Source: Octopus bimaculoides | Lineage: Eukaryota | DNA: 35,262 bases | Reading direction: 5' to 3' | Assembly (NCBI RefSeq): GCF_001194135.2 | Contig: NC_068998.1 | Span: forward strand, 26,770,272 to 26,805,533 | Shown here: positions 1 through 10,719 of the stretch, one piece after another | Layout: every line of letters starts with the position of its first letter | Numbering within the stretch: the first letter of the stretch is position 1 | The notes under the pieces: model-generated | Seen by the model: only the letters and a program-made list of their open reading frames with translations | The model's database searches: none | What the model was told of the DNA's origin: nothing | Translations under genes and position numbers: made by a program

Positions 1-95
1 ATACATACATGCATGCATATATACACACACAAACATACATACATACTTGCATAAATACATACATACATACATGCATAACATGCATACATACATAC

Positions 96-126
<31 letters not shown>

Positions 127-152
127 CATACATACATACATACACACATGCA
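1..152. repeat. (TACA)n/(CATA)n tetranucleotide microsatellite, imperfect
   Basis: Direct reading: atacatacat...tacatacatacata; explains the spurious HTYI-repeat ORF 9..197. Confidence 0.95.
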
Positions 153-439
153 TACATGTCTCGGAAAATCAGAATGCTAAAATTTCCCTTATATTAGCCT
201 CACAAAATCTAAACTGATCTATTCTCATTATTTTACTGACATATGGTAACATTTATCTTCTTTTTACCTAAGGTTCATTAGAAATTTAATATCGTCCTGC
301 ATTTCAATCCATTGTCTGAACATAGAAGACGTTAATGTAAAACTAAATGTTAAAAATTGAAAATTGAGTGCGGAATGTTATTTACTATCTGGCTGCAGCT
401 CTTGTGGTTCCAATGACAATATGAATGCATCGACGTATA

Positions 440-652
440 AAGGAAACTTCTCTAATCTTGGCACAAGGCCCGAATTTTTGGAAGGAGACGGCCAGTTGAT
501 TAGATCGACCCCCATACGCAACTGATACTTAATTCACAGGTACTTAATTTATCGACCCCGAAAGCGGAATTTGACCTCAGAACATAAAGACAGACGAAAT
601 ACCGCTAAGCATTTCGCCCAGTGTGCTAACGTTTCTGCTAGCTCGCCGCCTT
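440..652 (-). mobile_element. tRNA-derived SINE, family A (head GGCGGCGAGCTAGCAGAA), with 8-bp TSD
   Basis: Reverse complement begins ggcggcgagctagcagaaacgttagcacactgggcgaaatgcttagcgg and is homologous to the + strand copies at 4677 and 10041; B-box-like gaggtcaaattcc; direct repeat GACGTATA at 432-439 and 653-660; lacks about 24 nt (gaggtcgactttgcctttcatc segment) present in the other copies. Confidence 0.9.
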
Positions 653-1607
653 GACGTATAGAAGAAACTGTCCTATGATACTGCATAGATTTAATGGAAA
701 GTCAAGTCGTCGCTATAGTAGATAGTTGGGGATGCATGATGGCCGTCTTCTATTCATATTTTTTCTATGACGTCAGAGAGTTGCCTGCCCAAAGAATCAG
801 ATGGATATGATAATAAGTAGATCAGCATGTGGATGTTTAGGCTCTGTGTACAAGTGCCCAAACCTACCAAGCCAGATATTGCGCGTTATCAAAGTGCATG
901 TCGGCTGACTAAAGCTTGGGGTGTTTCAAGGTTTCTTAGTAAATCGCTGCATTGACCTGCGATTTCGACTAAATACATTGATTCGACAGTTACATATAGC
1001 ATGGCACCCCAAGTCATAAATATGTGTTGTTGTTCGTATCTATTTAGCATATGTATGACTATTTGATACAGTAAACTCTTTACAATTACACCATTACAAT
1101 ACCTTACCTTATACTGTCTGATAGTCGACTTTAACTCTTTAACTACCTGAATTAGGTTATAACGCAAAGAAACTTGAACTTATCACTAATATATCTTGAA
1201 GCTTTTATAGTTTCTAACGTATTCGTAACCTGATACCTCCCAACTGGACGTAACTTGTCATGTCAACCTGGCCTTTATAAATTTATCTATTCAGTTATGT
1301 ATTTTTTAAACCTTAACTGAAAATTATTGTTTGAATTTTACTCGTCTAATCTTATTTTTATTTTATATTTATATTTATGTGTATGGAATATTTGATTCTG
1401 AACGTTTGATTTGTATTATTTTTGTTTGCATATGCTTCCCTGATATACAACGGTAACATTTATAGCTGCTGTTAGAGATATCAGTAACATTATATGATGA
1501 AATGTTTTTTATAGATATAAAATTATAAAATTGTTGAAATGAACGGAATAATGGCACGATGAATTGTCTGTTTTCGAATATTATTCCTTATATATATATA
1601 TATATAT

Positions 1608-2534
1608 NNNNNNNNNNNNNNNNNNNNNNNNNNNNNNNNNNNNNNNNNNNNNNNNNNNNNNNNNNNNNNNNNNNNNNNNNNNNNNNNNNNNNNNNNNNNN
1701 NNNNNNNNNNNNNNNNNNNNNNNNNNNNNNNNNNNNNNNNNNNNNNNNNNNNNNNNNNNNNNNNNNNNNNNNNNNNNNNNNNNNNNNNNNNNNNNNNNNN
1801 NNNNNNNNNNNNNNNNNNNNNNNNNNNNNNNNNNNNNNNNNNNNNNNNNNNNNNNNNNNNNNNNNNNNNNNNNNNNNNNNNNNNNNNNNNNNNNNNNNNN
1901 NNNNNNNNNNNNNNNNNNNNNNNNNNNNNNNNNNNNNNNNNNNNNNNNNNNNNNNNNNNNNNNNNNNNNNNNNNNNNNNNNNNNNNNNNNNNNNNNNNNN
2001 NNNNNNNNNNNNNNNNNNNNNNNNNNNNNNNNNNNNNNNNNNNNNNNNNNNNNNNNNNNNNNNNNNNNNNNNNNNNNNNNNNNNNNNNNNNNNNNNNNNN
2101 NNNNNNNNNNNNNNNNNNNNNNNNNNNNNNNNNNNNNNNNNNNNNNNNNNNNNNNNNNNNNNNNNNNNNNNNNNNNNNNNNNNNNNNNNNNNNNNNNNNN
2201 NNNNNNNNNNNNNNNNNNNNNNNNNNNNNNNNNNNNNNNNNNNNNNNNNNNNNNNNNNNNNNNNNNNNNNNNNNNNNNNNNNNNNNNNNNNNNNNNNNNN
2301 NNNNNNNNNNNNNNNNNNNNNNNNNNNNNNNNNNNNNNNNNNNNNNNNNNNNNNNNNNNNNNNNNNNNNNNNNNNNNNNNNNNNNNNNNNNNNNNNNNNN
2401 NNNNNNNNNNNNNNNNNNNNNNNNNNNNNNNNNNNNNNNNNNNNNNNNNNNNNNNNNNNNNNNNNNNNNNNNNNNNNNNNNNNNNNNNNNNNNNNNNNNN
2501 NNNNNNNNNNNNNNNNNNNNNNNNNNNNNNNNNN
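1608..2534. other. assembly gap (N run)
   Basis: N run preceded by (TA)n. Confidence 1.
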
Positions 2535-2655
2535 GAGTGGTGTATGACATACTCCCAACGCCAACAAACGTACACGGATGGGGCTTGAAGGAAGACCAGG
2601 TGTTTAGACGTTGTGGAGAAAGGAGCACACTAGCAAACATCTTTCTGGGTGCAGA
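2535..2655 (+). mobile_element. HERO-like (RLE-type non-LTR retrotransposon) fragment, region before and including a decayed CCHC knuckle
   Basis: Translates VVYDILPTPTNVHGWGLKEDQVFRRCGERSTLANIFLGAE, matching the recalled HERO motif (A/S)VYD(V/L)LP.P.NL..WG..E...C..C...GTL.HILS.C; upstream part lost in the gap. Confidence 0.65.
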
Positions 2656-2658
2656 ATA

Positions 2659-2659
<1 letters not shown>

Positions 2660-2741
<82 letters not shown>

Positions 2742-2828
2742 TGTGTGAGAGAGAGTGTGTGTGTTTGTGTGTATGTGTATGTGTGTGTTGCACTTGTGTG
2801 TGTGTGTGTGCGCGCGCGCGCGCGCGCG
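2660..2828. repeat. compound (GT)n/(GA)n/(GC)n microsatellite
   Basis: Alternating GT, GA blocks ending in a (GC)n run at about 2809-2828. Confidence 0.95.
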
Positions 2829-2845
2829 TGTTTGTACGCATGCAA

Positions 2846-3037
2846 GCCAACTGCCATATCACGTTTGAATGCACCGGTTCTCGTCCGATCACCGAAGTTA
2901 AGCAACGTTAAGCCAGGTTAGTACTTAGATGGGTGACCCCTTGGGAAATCTAGGTGGTGTAAGCATTTCAAACTTCCAAGGCGATGCTCCAGCATGGTTG
3001 CAGTCAAATGACTGAAACAAGTAGAAAATAAAAGAAT
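2846..3037 (+). mobile_element. 5S rRNA-derived retroposon (candidate SINE3 or 5S/SINE-tail chimera)
   Basis: 2846-2966 is a full-length 5S-like sequence (gccaactgccatatcacgtttgaatgcaccggttctcgtccgatcaccgaagttaagcaacg...gtacttagatgggtgacc...gtgtaagcat) with box A (2896-2909) and box C (2925-2938) regions; followed by only TTT and then the tail aaggcgatgctccagcatggttgcagtcaaatgactgaaacaagta (2978-3023), 38/46 identical to the tail of the SINE at 7490-7952, then an A-rich end. Confidence 0.85.
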
Positions 3038-3049
3038 ATATGTGTATAT

Positions 3050-3450
3050 ATTAGGTATTGGACCCTGCGTTGCTCGTGTTTTCTGTGTTGAAGTTAAGCC
3101 CACCTCTGACCTTGTATCGAAATCTTCTATCGTCAACTATTACCCATTAAGATGTTTTATCCGTTTGTTGAAATTTTACACGTGACAAAATGCAAAAGCT
3201 GCAGGGAAAATAACATTGTTATGGGAATTACCATTCAAACACCCGATTGAGCTCACAAAAATCGATGCCAACTGAGCATTATCGAGTTTTTGAATAAAAA
3301 TTTCGACCTTATTTGAACTTCAGGGCATGTGATTCACCTATGTGCCAAAAAATCATTAAAATTGGTTGGACAGTGTGGGAGGAGTTAGAGTAACCCCAAA
3401 CACAGATACACACACACACACAGAGGCAACATTACACATTTATGTATATA
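3050..3450 (+). mobile_element. possible non-autonomous Helitron/DINE-Lep1-like element
   Basis: 5' motif gaccctgcgttgctcgtg resembles the GACCCGGCGTTGCCCGG motif; 3' part tgtgccaaaaaatcattaaaattggttggacagtgtgggaggagttag followed by (CA)n and catttatgtatata resembles the typical subterminal block of these elements. Recognised by resemblance only. Confidence 0.45.
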
Positions 3451-3473
3451 TGTATATATACACACATATATAT

Positions 3474-3508
<35 letters not shown>

Positions 3509-3660
3509 NNNNNNNNNNNNNNNNNNNNNNNNNNNNNNNNNNNNNNNNNNNNNNNNNNNNNNNNNNNNNNNNNNNNNNNNNNNNNNNNNNNNNNNNNNNN
3601 NNNNNNNNNNNNNNNNNNNNNNNNNNNNNNNNNNNNNNNNNNNNNNNNNNNNNNNNNNNN
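3509..3660. other. assembly gap (N run)
   Basis: N run preceded by (TA)n. Confidence 1.
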
Positions 3661-3855
3661 TATGAAATAGACAAATAAGAGTGTGTGAAAACAAATGAAG
3701 TGCATAGGAATCGCAAGTAATGTATTCAATTACAAATCTCTGAAAATTGCAGATATAAGGAAAAACAAAGAAGATAAAGAAAATTTTGTGTGCTTCGAAT
3801 ACTTACAATTTTAGCAACTTCAATTTAAACATTAGCAGCTGCGAAATAACGAAAG

Positions 3856-4260
3856 AGATATGTCGAAGAAAGTCTACAATAACGAATCATTTCTGAACAC
3901 TTATTTAACTTACTGTCATTTTGAAATAAGTTCAATAGTTTCTCATTAAAGCAAAGCTTGCCGTAGAAACTTGAACAGAAACTATTATGTTTATATAGTA
4001 CAACGTGACTGAGAAGCGACCACTGGGTATTAAAGTGAGAGATATTGTTCCTTTCAAAACTCACATATTGTTTGAAGAGACTTGTGCCATATCTTCTTTC
4101 AGGTTTCTTACATGTGTTAATAAGTTGAAAGGACATGATAGTTTCCGTAGAAATCTGCGCTACAAGATTTGTATCAATGAGAAATTATTGTCTTGTTTCA
4201 AAATGACCGTGGGTTATATGAACAACTGCTGGTTTATTACTGAACCTCTTAGAAATATCT
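3856..4260. repeat. degenerate long inverted repeat, old MITE-like element
   Basis: Arm 3856-3987 (gtcattttgaaataagttcaatagtttctcatt...agaaactatta) aligns with reverse complement of 4136-4260 (gtcattttgaaacaagacaataatttctcatt...ggaaactatca); about 150-bp spacer. Confidence 0.7.
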
Positions 4261-4479
4261 ACTTCATAATTTTCTACGTCCAAACGATTAAATTTCAGCA
4301 GTAAAAACTTTAGCAACTAAAAATCATATGAAAAGATTTTCCTTCTCTCGTTCCCAATATTCAAAGATAAACAACACTTAACGGTTATAAGAAATCTCCC
4401 TTACACTGTGACTGTGGTTTCCCATGCAAAATCATTAGTTTGCTCACCTATTGTTCACACACAAACACACACATATAGA

Positions 4480-4676
<197 letters not shown>

Positions 4677-4894
4677 GGGCGGCGACCTGGCAGAATCATT
4701 AGCACGCTGGACGAAATGCTTAGTGGTATTTTGCCTGTCGCTACGCTCTGAGTTCAAATTCCGTCGAGGTCGACTTTGCCTTTCATCCTTTCGTGGTCGA
4801 TACATTAAGTAACAGTGAAACACTGGGTTCTATGTAATCGACTAGTCCCCTCACCCAAAATTTGAGGCCTTGTGTCTCCAATAGAAAAGATTAT
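4677..4894 (+). mobile_element. tRNA-derived SINE, family A
   Basis: ggcggcgacctggcagaatcattagcacg...gagttcaaattccgtcgaggtcgactttgcctttcatcc...ggccttgtg...agaaaagattat; A-box-like tggcagaatcattag and B box gagttcaaattcc; homologous to 440-652 and 10041-10252. Confidence 0.9.
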
Positions 4895-6468
4895 AAGTAT
4901 ACAACAGCTGGAAAAGAAAAAGTTCTAACATCGAGCTACATCAAGTAACATTAAATGCCAGGAACCCTCCTCAGTATCCTAGCTGTCTCTAATAACACTG
5001 TTTTCTGGAGCTGTACTAAACTGTGTTTTATGCCTATTTTTTTCTATCCATCTGTTCAAATCTTTAGGGATAGTTCCCAATGCATCTATGACTACTGGGA
5101 TACATTTTACCCCCACTTTCCATAGTCTCTGTAATTCAATGCCTAGGTACTTTGTATTTTTCCTATACTTCTCATATTAATTTTTTCATCATTTGGGAGT
5201 GTAAAGTCAATTATCTGGCATTTTCTATGCTCTTTATCTACTACTACTAAATCAGGCCTTCTAGCTTCTATTACTATGTCAGTTTGAATGTTAAAGTCAC
5301 ACAACATCTTGTATATCTTACTTTCTAATACTTTACTAGATTCATGTTCATACCATTTATCAGTATGTTCAAATCCTAGCTTTCTACATAACTCCCAGTG
5401 GATTACTCTTCCTAGGTTGTCATGTCTTTTCTACATGCTACATTCACTTACTGTATGAATAACGCTTTTCTCTTTTGATTTGTATAACCTGCATTAGGAA
5501 TCTACTTGGATCTTATCTATCTTGGCTTTTATCCAATTAGTCCTTAATGTTTGATCTTGTGCTGCAACTAACAAACACTCTGTCTCCCCTTTCAGCTTTT
5601 CTTTCTGCAACCACAACCATGTTTCACTACAACTATTTACTCCGTCTTTGGGAATCTACCATGCAACGCCTTCTCCTGTCAGTCAAATAATTTCTGTTCT
5701 TTTTCTGGTTTTTAATTTCGTTTGGGTTTTTGGTTTCCTTATGTCTTGCTGTGACTCTAGCAGCTTTTAATAAACTTTCTTCACTATTACCTACGTAGAA
5801 GTCAATATATACTGTAGCTAACTCCACGCAGTCTTCTAATGATATTAACCCTCTTCTTCCCTCCTTTCTAAGTAAGTATAATCTTGCTACTCTTGCCTTT
5901 GGGTGGAGTCTTCTATTCGTATTGTCTTCCTTCCTAGTTCTTCTGTCTGGCTTTGCTAGTTCAGTTTTTGTCCAATCTACAAAATCTACTGAGTATCTAA
6001 GTAATGATACTGCCCAAGTATTTATAGCCATCAGTAGATTCGGGCCATTTAACTTTGACTTCATTAGCTTCCTCACTTACGGTCTGTATTAAGGAATCTG
6101 TCTCTTTTCATTCTTACTAAAAAGTCTCAGATTATCCATGTAGAGCAAATGGTTAATTTTCCCATTATTATTTCTGAACTGACACCCTGCCTTTGCCTTC
6201 TTTAATACTAAATTGAGGGTGATCAAACACAAGACAAATATTAAAGGGGACAACGAGCCCCACTGGAAAATTCCTCTTTTGATATTAAAATTCCCTAAGA
6301 GTGTGTCACCTGAGTAGAGATCTACTTTCCATTTCTTCTTGCTACAGCTAATTAATTCTCTTATGTTGTCTGCTATATTGAATATACTCATACATTCACT
6401 TATCCATGAGTGTGGGATCATGTCATAGGCTTTCCTATAATCTATCCATGCTATTGTTAGGGTTTTAT
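4895..6468 (-). mobile_element. 5'-truncated, degenerate R4/Dong-clade non-LTR retrotransposon (RT, thumb, CCHC knuckle remnant, RLE endonuclease, short 3' UTR)
   Basis: AWIDYRKAYDMIPHSW, RGIFQWGSLSP, HLLYMDNL (YMDD decayed), LHPKARVARLYLLRKEGRRGL; hand translation of 4951-5630 gives ETECLLVAAQDQTLRTNW, CRL, KRHD, RRPDLVVVD, IIDF and LQKTVLLETARILRRV with stop at 4951-4953; several stops and frameshifts. Confidence 0.9.
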
Positions 6469-6513
6469 ACAATTCCATGGTCATTCATGACCGAAGGGGA
6501 TCTTTACCCTTTA
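6469..6513 (+). mobile_element. isolated 3' tail fragment of the SINE family at 25518-25856
   Basis: ccatggtcattcatgaccgaaggggatcttta (6475-6506) matches the reverse complement of 25522-25553 at 31/32 positions. Confidence 0.8.
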
Positions 6514-6517
6514 CATA

Positions 6518-6548
<31 letters not shown>

Positions 6549-6590
6549 GCGTGTGTGTGCGCGTGTGAGTGCGTGTGTGTGTGTGTGTGT
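6518..6590. repeat. imperfect (GT)n microsatellite
   Basis: Direct reading. Confidence 0.9.
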
Positions 6591-6593
6591 TTA

Positions 6594-6852
6594 GTAAAAT
6601 CTATTTGCCAACGCAAGGTGGCAGACCTGCGTAGGAACATGTTACTACCTTTTGACCCCAGGAAAGAATCTTTACCAGCTGGTTATCGACACACAATATG
6701 TGTCTGAAATATACTGAGTAAGGGAGCGTGCTGCTCCTAGCCACTTGCAATACCAATAGACCTATGGTTTCTGGGTAATGTTTTCCTGGAGTTAAAAGGT
6801 AGTACATGGTCCTACGCAGGACTGCCACCTTACGTTGGTAAATATATTCTAC
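6594..6852. mobile_element. MITE with about 70-bp terminal inverted repeats, flanked by TA
   Basis: Left gtaaaatctatttgccaacgcaaggtggcagacctgcgtaggaacatgttactaccttttgaccccagg versus reverse complement of right end gtagaatatatttaccaacgtaaggtggcagtcctgcgtaggaccatgtactaccttttaactccagg; TA at 6592-6593 and 6853-6854; no coding capacity. Confidence 0.85.
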
Positions 6853-6956
6853 TATGAAGTATAGTTACTACTTTGATCTCATTCAGAGATTTAAAACTAA
6901 CTGTGACTGCCACATTAGAGTGGCAAATAATCTTTACTACACACACACACATATAC

Positions 6957-6959
<3 letters not shown>

Positions 6960-7037
<78 letters not shown>
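6960..7037. repeat. perfect (GT)n microsatellite
   Basis: Direct reading. Confidence 0.97.
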
Positions 7038-7041
<4 letters not shown>

Positions 7042-7489
7042 TGATAGTGACGAGCATTTGCACAGTTTTCTTTAGCCAAATAGTACTCACAAGGCACTGT
7101 TCAAGTTAGGCTATGATGGGAGGCGCTTGACGGATCGATGCGTATTGAGATCGAATCGGGGAACGTTTGCAAAGCAATATATTTTTATAAGCAGACAGTG
7201 ATGTTGTGGCCATACACAACCATCTCTACACACAAGTTGGTTTCATTTTCCAGTGTCTTTTAGTTTTAACATTGGCCTCAAAAATATGAGAGGGGTAATC
7301 GATTTAATACATCTTAGTGTTTGACCGTAACTCATCATCTCAACAAGAGAGACTGTACACAGTTGTTAGAAATAACAGCTAGATTTCCTTCAAATTGTAT
7401 TTTACTTTATACAAAAGACAGTGAGACAGGGGGTGAGAGAAATTGAGAGGCAGATAGAAAGAGACACAGAGAAAGTTTTTCGATATGTT

Positions 7490-7774
7490 TTATCCATCTT
7501 TTACTTGTTTCAATCATTAGACTACGGCCATGATGGGGCACCGCCTTCAAGAATTGCAGTGGAATGAATCGACTCCGGTACTTATTTTATTTTCATTATT
7601 TTTTGTGAAGTGTCGTATTTATTTTATCGGTGTCTTTTGCCGAACTGCAAAGTTACGGGATGTAAACACACCAACACCGGTTGTCAAGCGGTTGTGGAGA
7701 ACAAACACAGACACAGAGACACACATACAAACACACATACACATAGATAGATAGATAGATAGATAGATAAATAA

Positions 7775-7805
<31 letters not shown>

Positions 7806-7952
7806 TGCGACGGGCTTCTTTAAGGTTTTGTCTACGAAATCCACTGATAGGGATAGTAGATGATATTTGCCCAAGTTGCCACGTAATAGGACTGAGCCCA
7901 GAACCATGTGGTTGGGAAGCAAACTTCTTACCACGCAGCCATGCCAGCACCT
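7490..7952 (-). mobile_element. tRNA-derived CORE-like SINE with internal (CA)/(GATA)n expansion
   Basis: Reverse complement: head aggtgctggcatggctgcgtggtaagaagtttgcttcccaaccacatggttctgggctcagtcc, CORE-like cttgggcaaatatc, internal microsatellite 7720-7805, tail aaggcggtgccccatcatggccgtagtctaatgattgaaacaagtaaaag. Confidence 0.8.
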
Positions 7953-8540
7953 ATAACGTTAATCTAAAAAAAGAACGAGATGGCCACAGCTGGAACGCTT
8001 ACATTGCCGATGACCTTAAGTTAAACAACAATTGACGCTTAAGTTACATCCAAAGTTTTAATGATTCAAGAAGCATCTTCGCTGTTTTCTAGACGAGACA
8101 TTTTATATGTTGTAAATACTCTTTCCAATATAGAATAACACACTGCCTTCAAAAACATTCAATATTTCTTTTTTATTTCTAGATGCCTTAGCTCTATGTC
8201 TAACGATGTATGTACTGCTACTTAAACACACACACATATTATATATTACATATATTATATATTACATATATCCATATATGTATGTGTGTTTGCGTTTATT
8301 TATGTATTTATATATTTGCCTCTGTGTGTGTGTGTCTGTATGCATACAAGTATAACTACATGAATGCACATATAAGTATACGTATTTATGTGTTTCAGTA
8401 ATCATTTCACTCTGTCCATCCCTTTCTGTCTACCCATCCACCTCTCTAATTCTCTGTAAGGATATACTGCAACCCTTCTCGTTCTTCTTCTCGTTTATTG
8501 AATTTACCACCTCATGTTCTTCCATCCATCTCCTCTTCAG

Positions 8541-8544
<4 letters not shown>

Positions 8545-8620
<76 letters not shown>
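8545..8620. repeat. perfect (CT)n microsatellite within a pyrimidine-rich tract
   Basis: Direct reading. Confidence 0.97.
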
Positions 8621-8625
<5 letters not shown>

Positions 8626-9174
8626 TTCTCTCTCCTCCCTCTCCGTATTTAACTAATCATCTCTGACTTTGTCACTCACTCAATAGAACTAATCACTATC
8701 TCTTACTTCATCCACTTTAAGCTCTCGCTCTTTCTTTCTCTCTGTCTCTGTCCTACTCTCTCTCTCTCTCTATCCATGTAATCAGTAACTACTTCACATT
8801 CTCATCTCACATTTTCAGTAAACAATTGCCATACTTTTATAGTTCCATTACCCTTCAGTAATCAGCAACTACCTCTCACTCTTCTCTTTCGCACACTCTC
8901 TCTCTTTCTCTCCCTGTTTCTCTCTTTCTTTTTCTCTCTCTCTTTCTCACTCTCTCACTGTCTCATTCGAGAGACAGTTATTTACCTATTTCTCGACCAA
9001 TATACTCCACTAATGTCTGTGCCATTTCCCACACAGACCATCAACCTTCACCATAAGAACATTAAATAACACATGACCAATGTAAAATGTCATTACAACT
9101 ATTAACTGAAATTTGTTTATTTGTATTTCTTTCCTTTTTGTTTTATAGTTTTCGTTTTATTGGGAAGTGTTGTT

Positions 9175-9890
9175 GTCTCTACTGCACTACTCACCCTCCA
9201 TCTTTACAATCCACCTTTTTTCATCTCTGTTGCCCAACCATATCGTCTGTATCGCACAACTACTTCACTACTGCCCAGCTTTCTTATCTCTAATGCTTAC
9301 TCTCTTCTCTAGTGCCCAGCTTTCTTATCTCTACCGACCACGTTCTTTGCTTTACTGTTCGCATTTTTTTCCATATCTATTATACAGTCACTCATCTCTG
9401 CTGCTCCCTTTGGCATCTCTATTGCACAATTTCGTATGTCAATGGTTTACACTTCCGTCTTTACTACCCTTTTTTCCTTTCTCTATTGTCCAATGCCTCA
9501 TCTTTAGTGCACACACTTCCTCTCTCAACTAACCACTCTCTCTTTTCTACTGCCAAATCCTCGTCTGTTTTACCTCATCTCTCATCTCTATTGAACATTC
9601 TTCTTGCATAAACTGCAAAACCTCATTTCTACCGCAATCTTCTTCATCTCTGGTGACCACTGTTTTTCTTTTCTCTATTCCCCAATCTCGAATTTATACT
9701 ACCAGCCCTTCTCATCTCAACTGACCAACAATCTCGTATCCCCTACTCATCTACATTTTCTTTAAAGCCCACACTCTCATTGTTACTGCTCACCTTTTCC
9801 ATCTTAAATCTCCACACTACAGGTGTCATCTGACTTGTCTTCCTTATCGTCACTATTTTTATCTTTTCTACGCACACATCTCATCCATGC
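9175..9890. repeat. cryptic degenerate pyrimidine-rich minisatellite
   Basis: Recurring CTA(C/T)TGC...CATCTC-like units, e.g. ctactgcccagctttcttatctcta and ctagtgcccagctttcttatctcta about 40 bp apart, ctactgccaaatcc, ctaccgcaatcttcttcatctc, ttactgctcaccttttccatctt. Confidence 0.55.
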
Positions 9891-10040
9891 TGCCTGTAGG
9901 AAATATGGATTTTATGTTGAAAGATAGATTTCATCTTTTACTATCTACAGTAAGGAAGAACCCTTATTGCTGTATACATATGGCTCTAGCAAAAATATGT
10001 GTATGTAGACTGCTGAGATCATTATGAGTACAATATGCTC

Positions 10041-10252
10041 GGGTGGCGAGCTAGCAGGATCGTTAACAGGCCGGATAAAATGCTTTGTGGCCACTTCTTC
10101 CAGCTCTACGTTATTCCACCGAGGTCGACTTTGCTTTTCATCCTTTCGGGCTCAATAAAATAAATACCAGTCGAGCAATGGGATCGATGAAATCGACAAA
10201 CCTCCTCTCTTCAAAAGTTCAGGTCTTGTGTCTATAGTAGAAAGAATTACGT
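10041..10252 (+). mobile_element. tRNA-derived SINE, family A, with 13-bp TSD
   Basis: gggtggcgagctagcaggatcgttaac...cgaggtcgacttttgcttttcatcc-like body...ggtcttgtgtctatagtagaaagaatta; GTACAATATGCTC at 10028-10040 and 10253-10265; the B-box segment is deleted. Confidence 0.9.
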
Positions 10253-10719
10253 GTACAATATGCTCTATCTTCCTTTTACTGGTAAGGGTGGGGAAGGAAC
10301 ATGTTCGTCGTTGCATGTCCATGGGAATGTAATTTACTGACTATTGGGTTATATATTTAAACTAGAATACTTATGAAGAATATGTAGCAGTTACACATAC
10401 GTTTAAAACTTGTCTTAAAAATACATAATGTCTATATATAAATGTATTTATGTGCATACACACTATTGTAAGGGGGGGGGGGTGCTATGTCTGTTAAAAT
10501 GAACTTTTACTTTCTCAATTATTGTTAGATTGTTCCACTTCTATGAAGTTTTACAGTAATCTACAACCAGTAGGAAGCTTGTTGACTCAAACTAAATGAT
10601 CTATTCCAATATCCATGAATGACAATGGGGGAGTGTCTATGAGTTTTTAATTGTTCAGATTGTAGTTTTGTTTTATGGAATTCGGTAATTTCCACGGTTA
10701 ATCTTTTATTCATTTTCAG

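Noticed and set aside
654-1300. hAT-like transposase remnant on the minus strand (TLETIKASRY, VSLRY, YCNGV, HMLN)
   Set aside because: Only scattered short motifs across frames, no TIRs; resemblance too weak without a profile search.
1523-2892. Long ORFs of 300-430 aa across gaps (also 24672-25547, 27876-29060, 31468-32400)
   Set aside because: Composed of X from N runs and microsatellite translations.
2846-2966. Functional 5S rRNA gene
   Set aside because: Helix I mispairs, box C has a substitution, there is no run of four or more T after the 3' end, it is not in a tandem array, and it is fused to a SINE tail.
6908-6926. Small hairpin tgccac-attaga-gtggca
   Set aside because: A 6-bp stem is expected by chance in 35 kb; no context supports a terminator or regulatory role.
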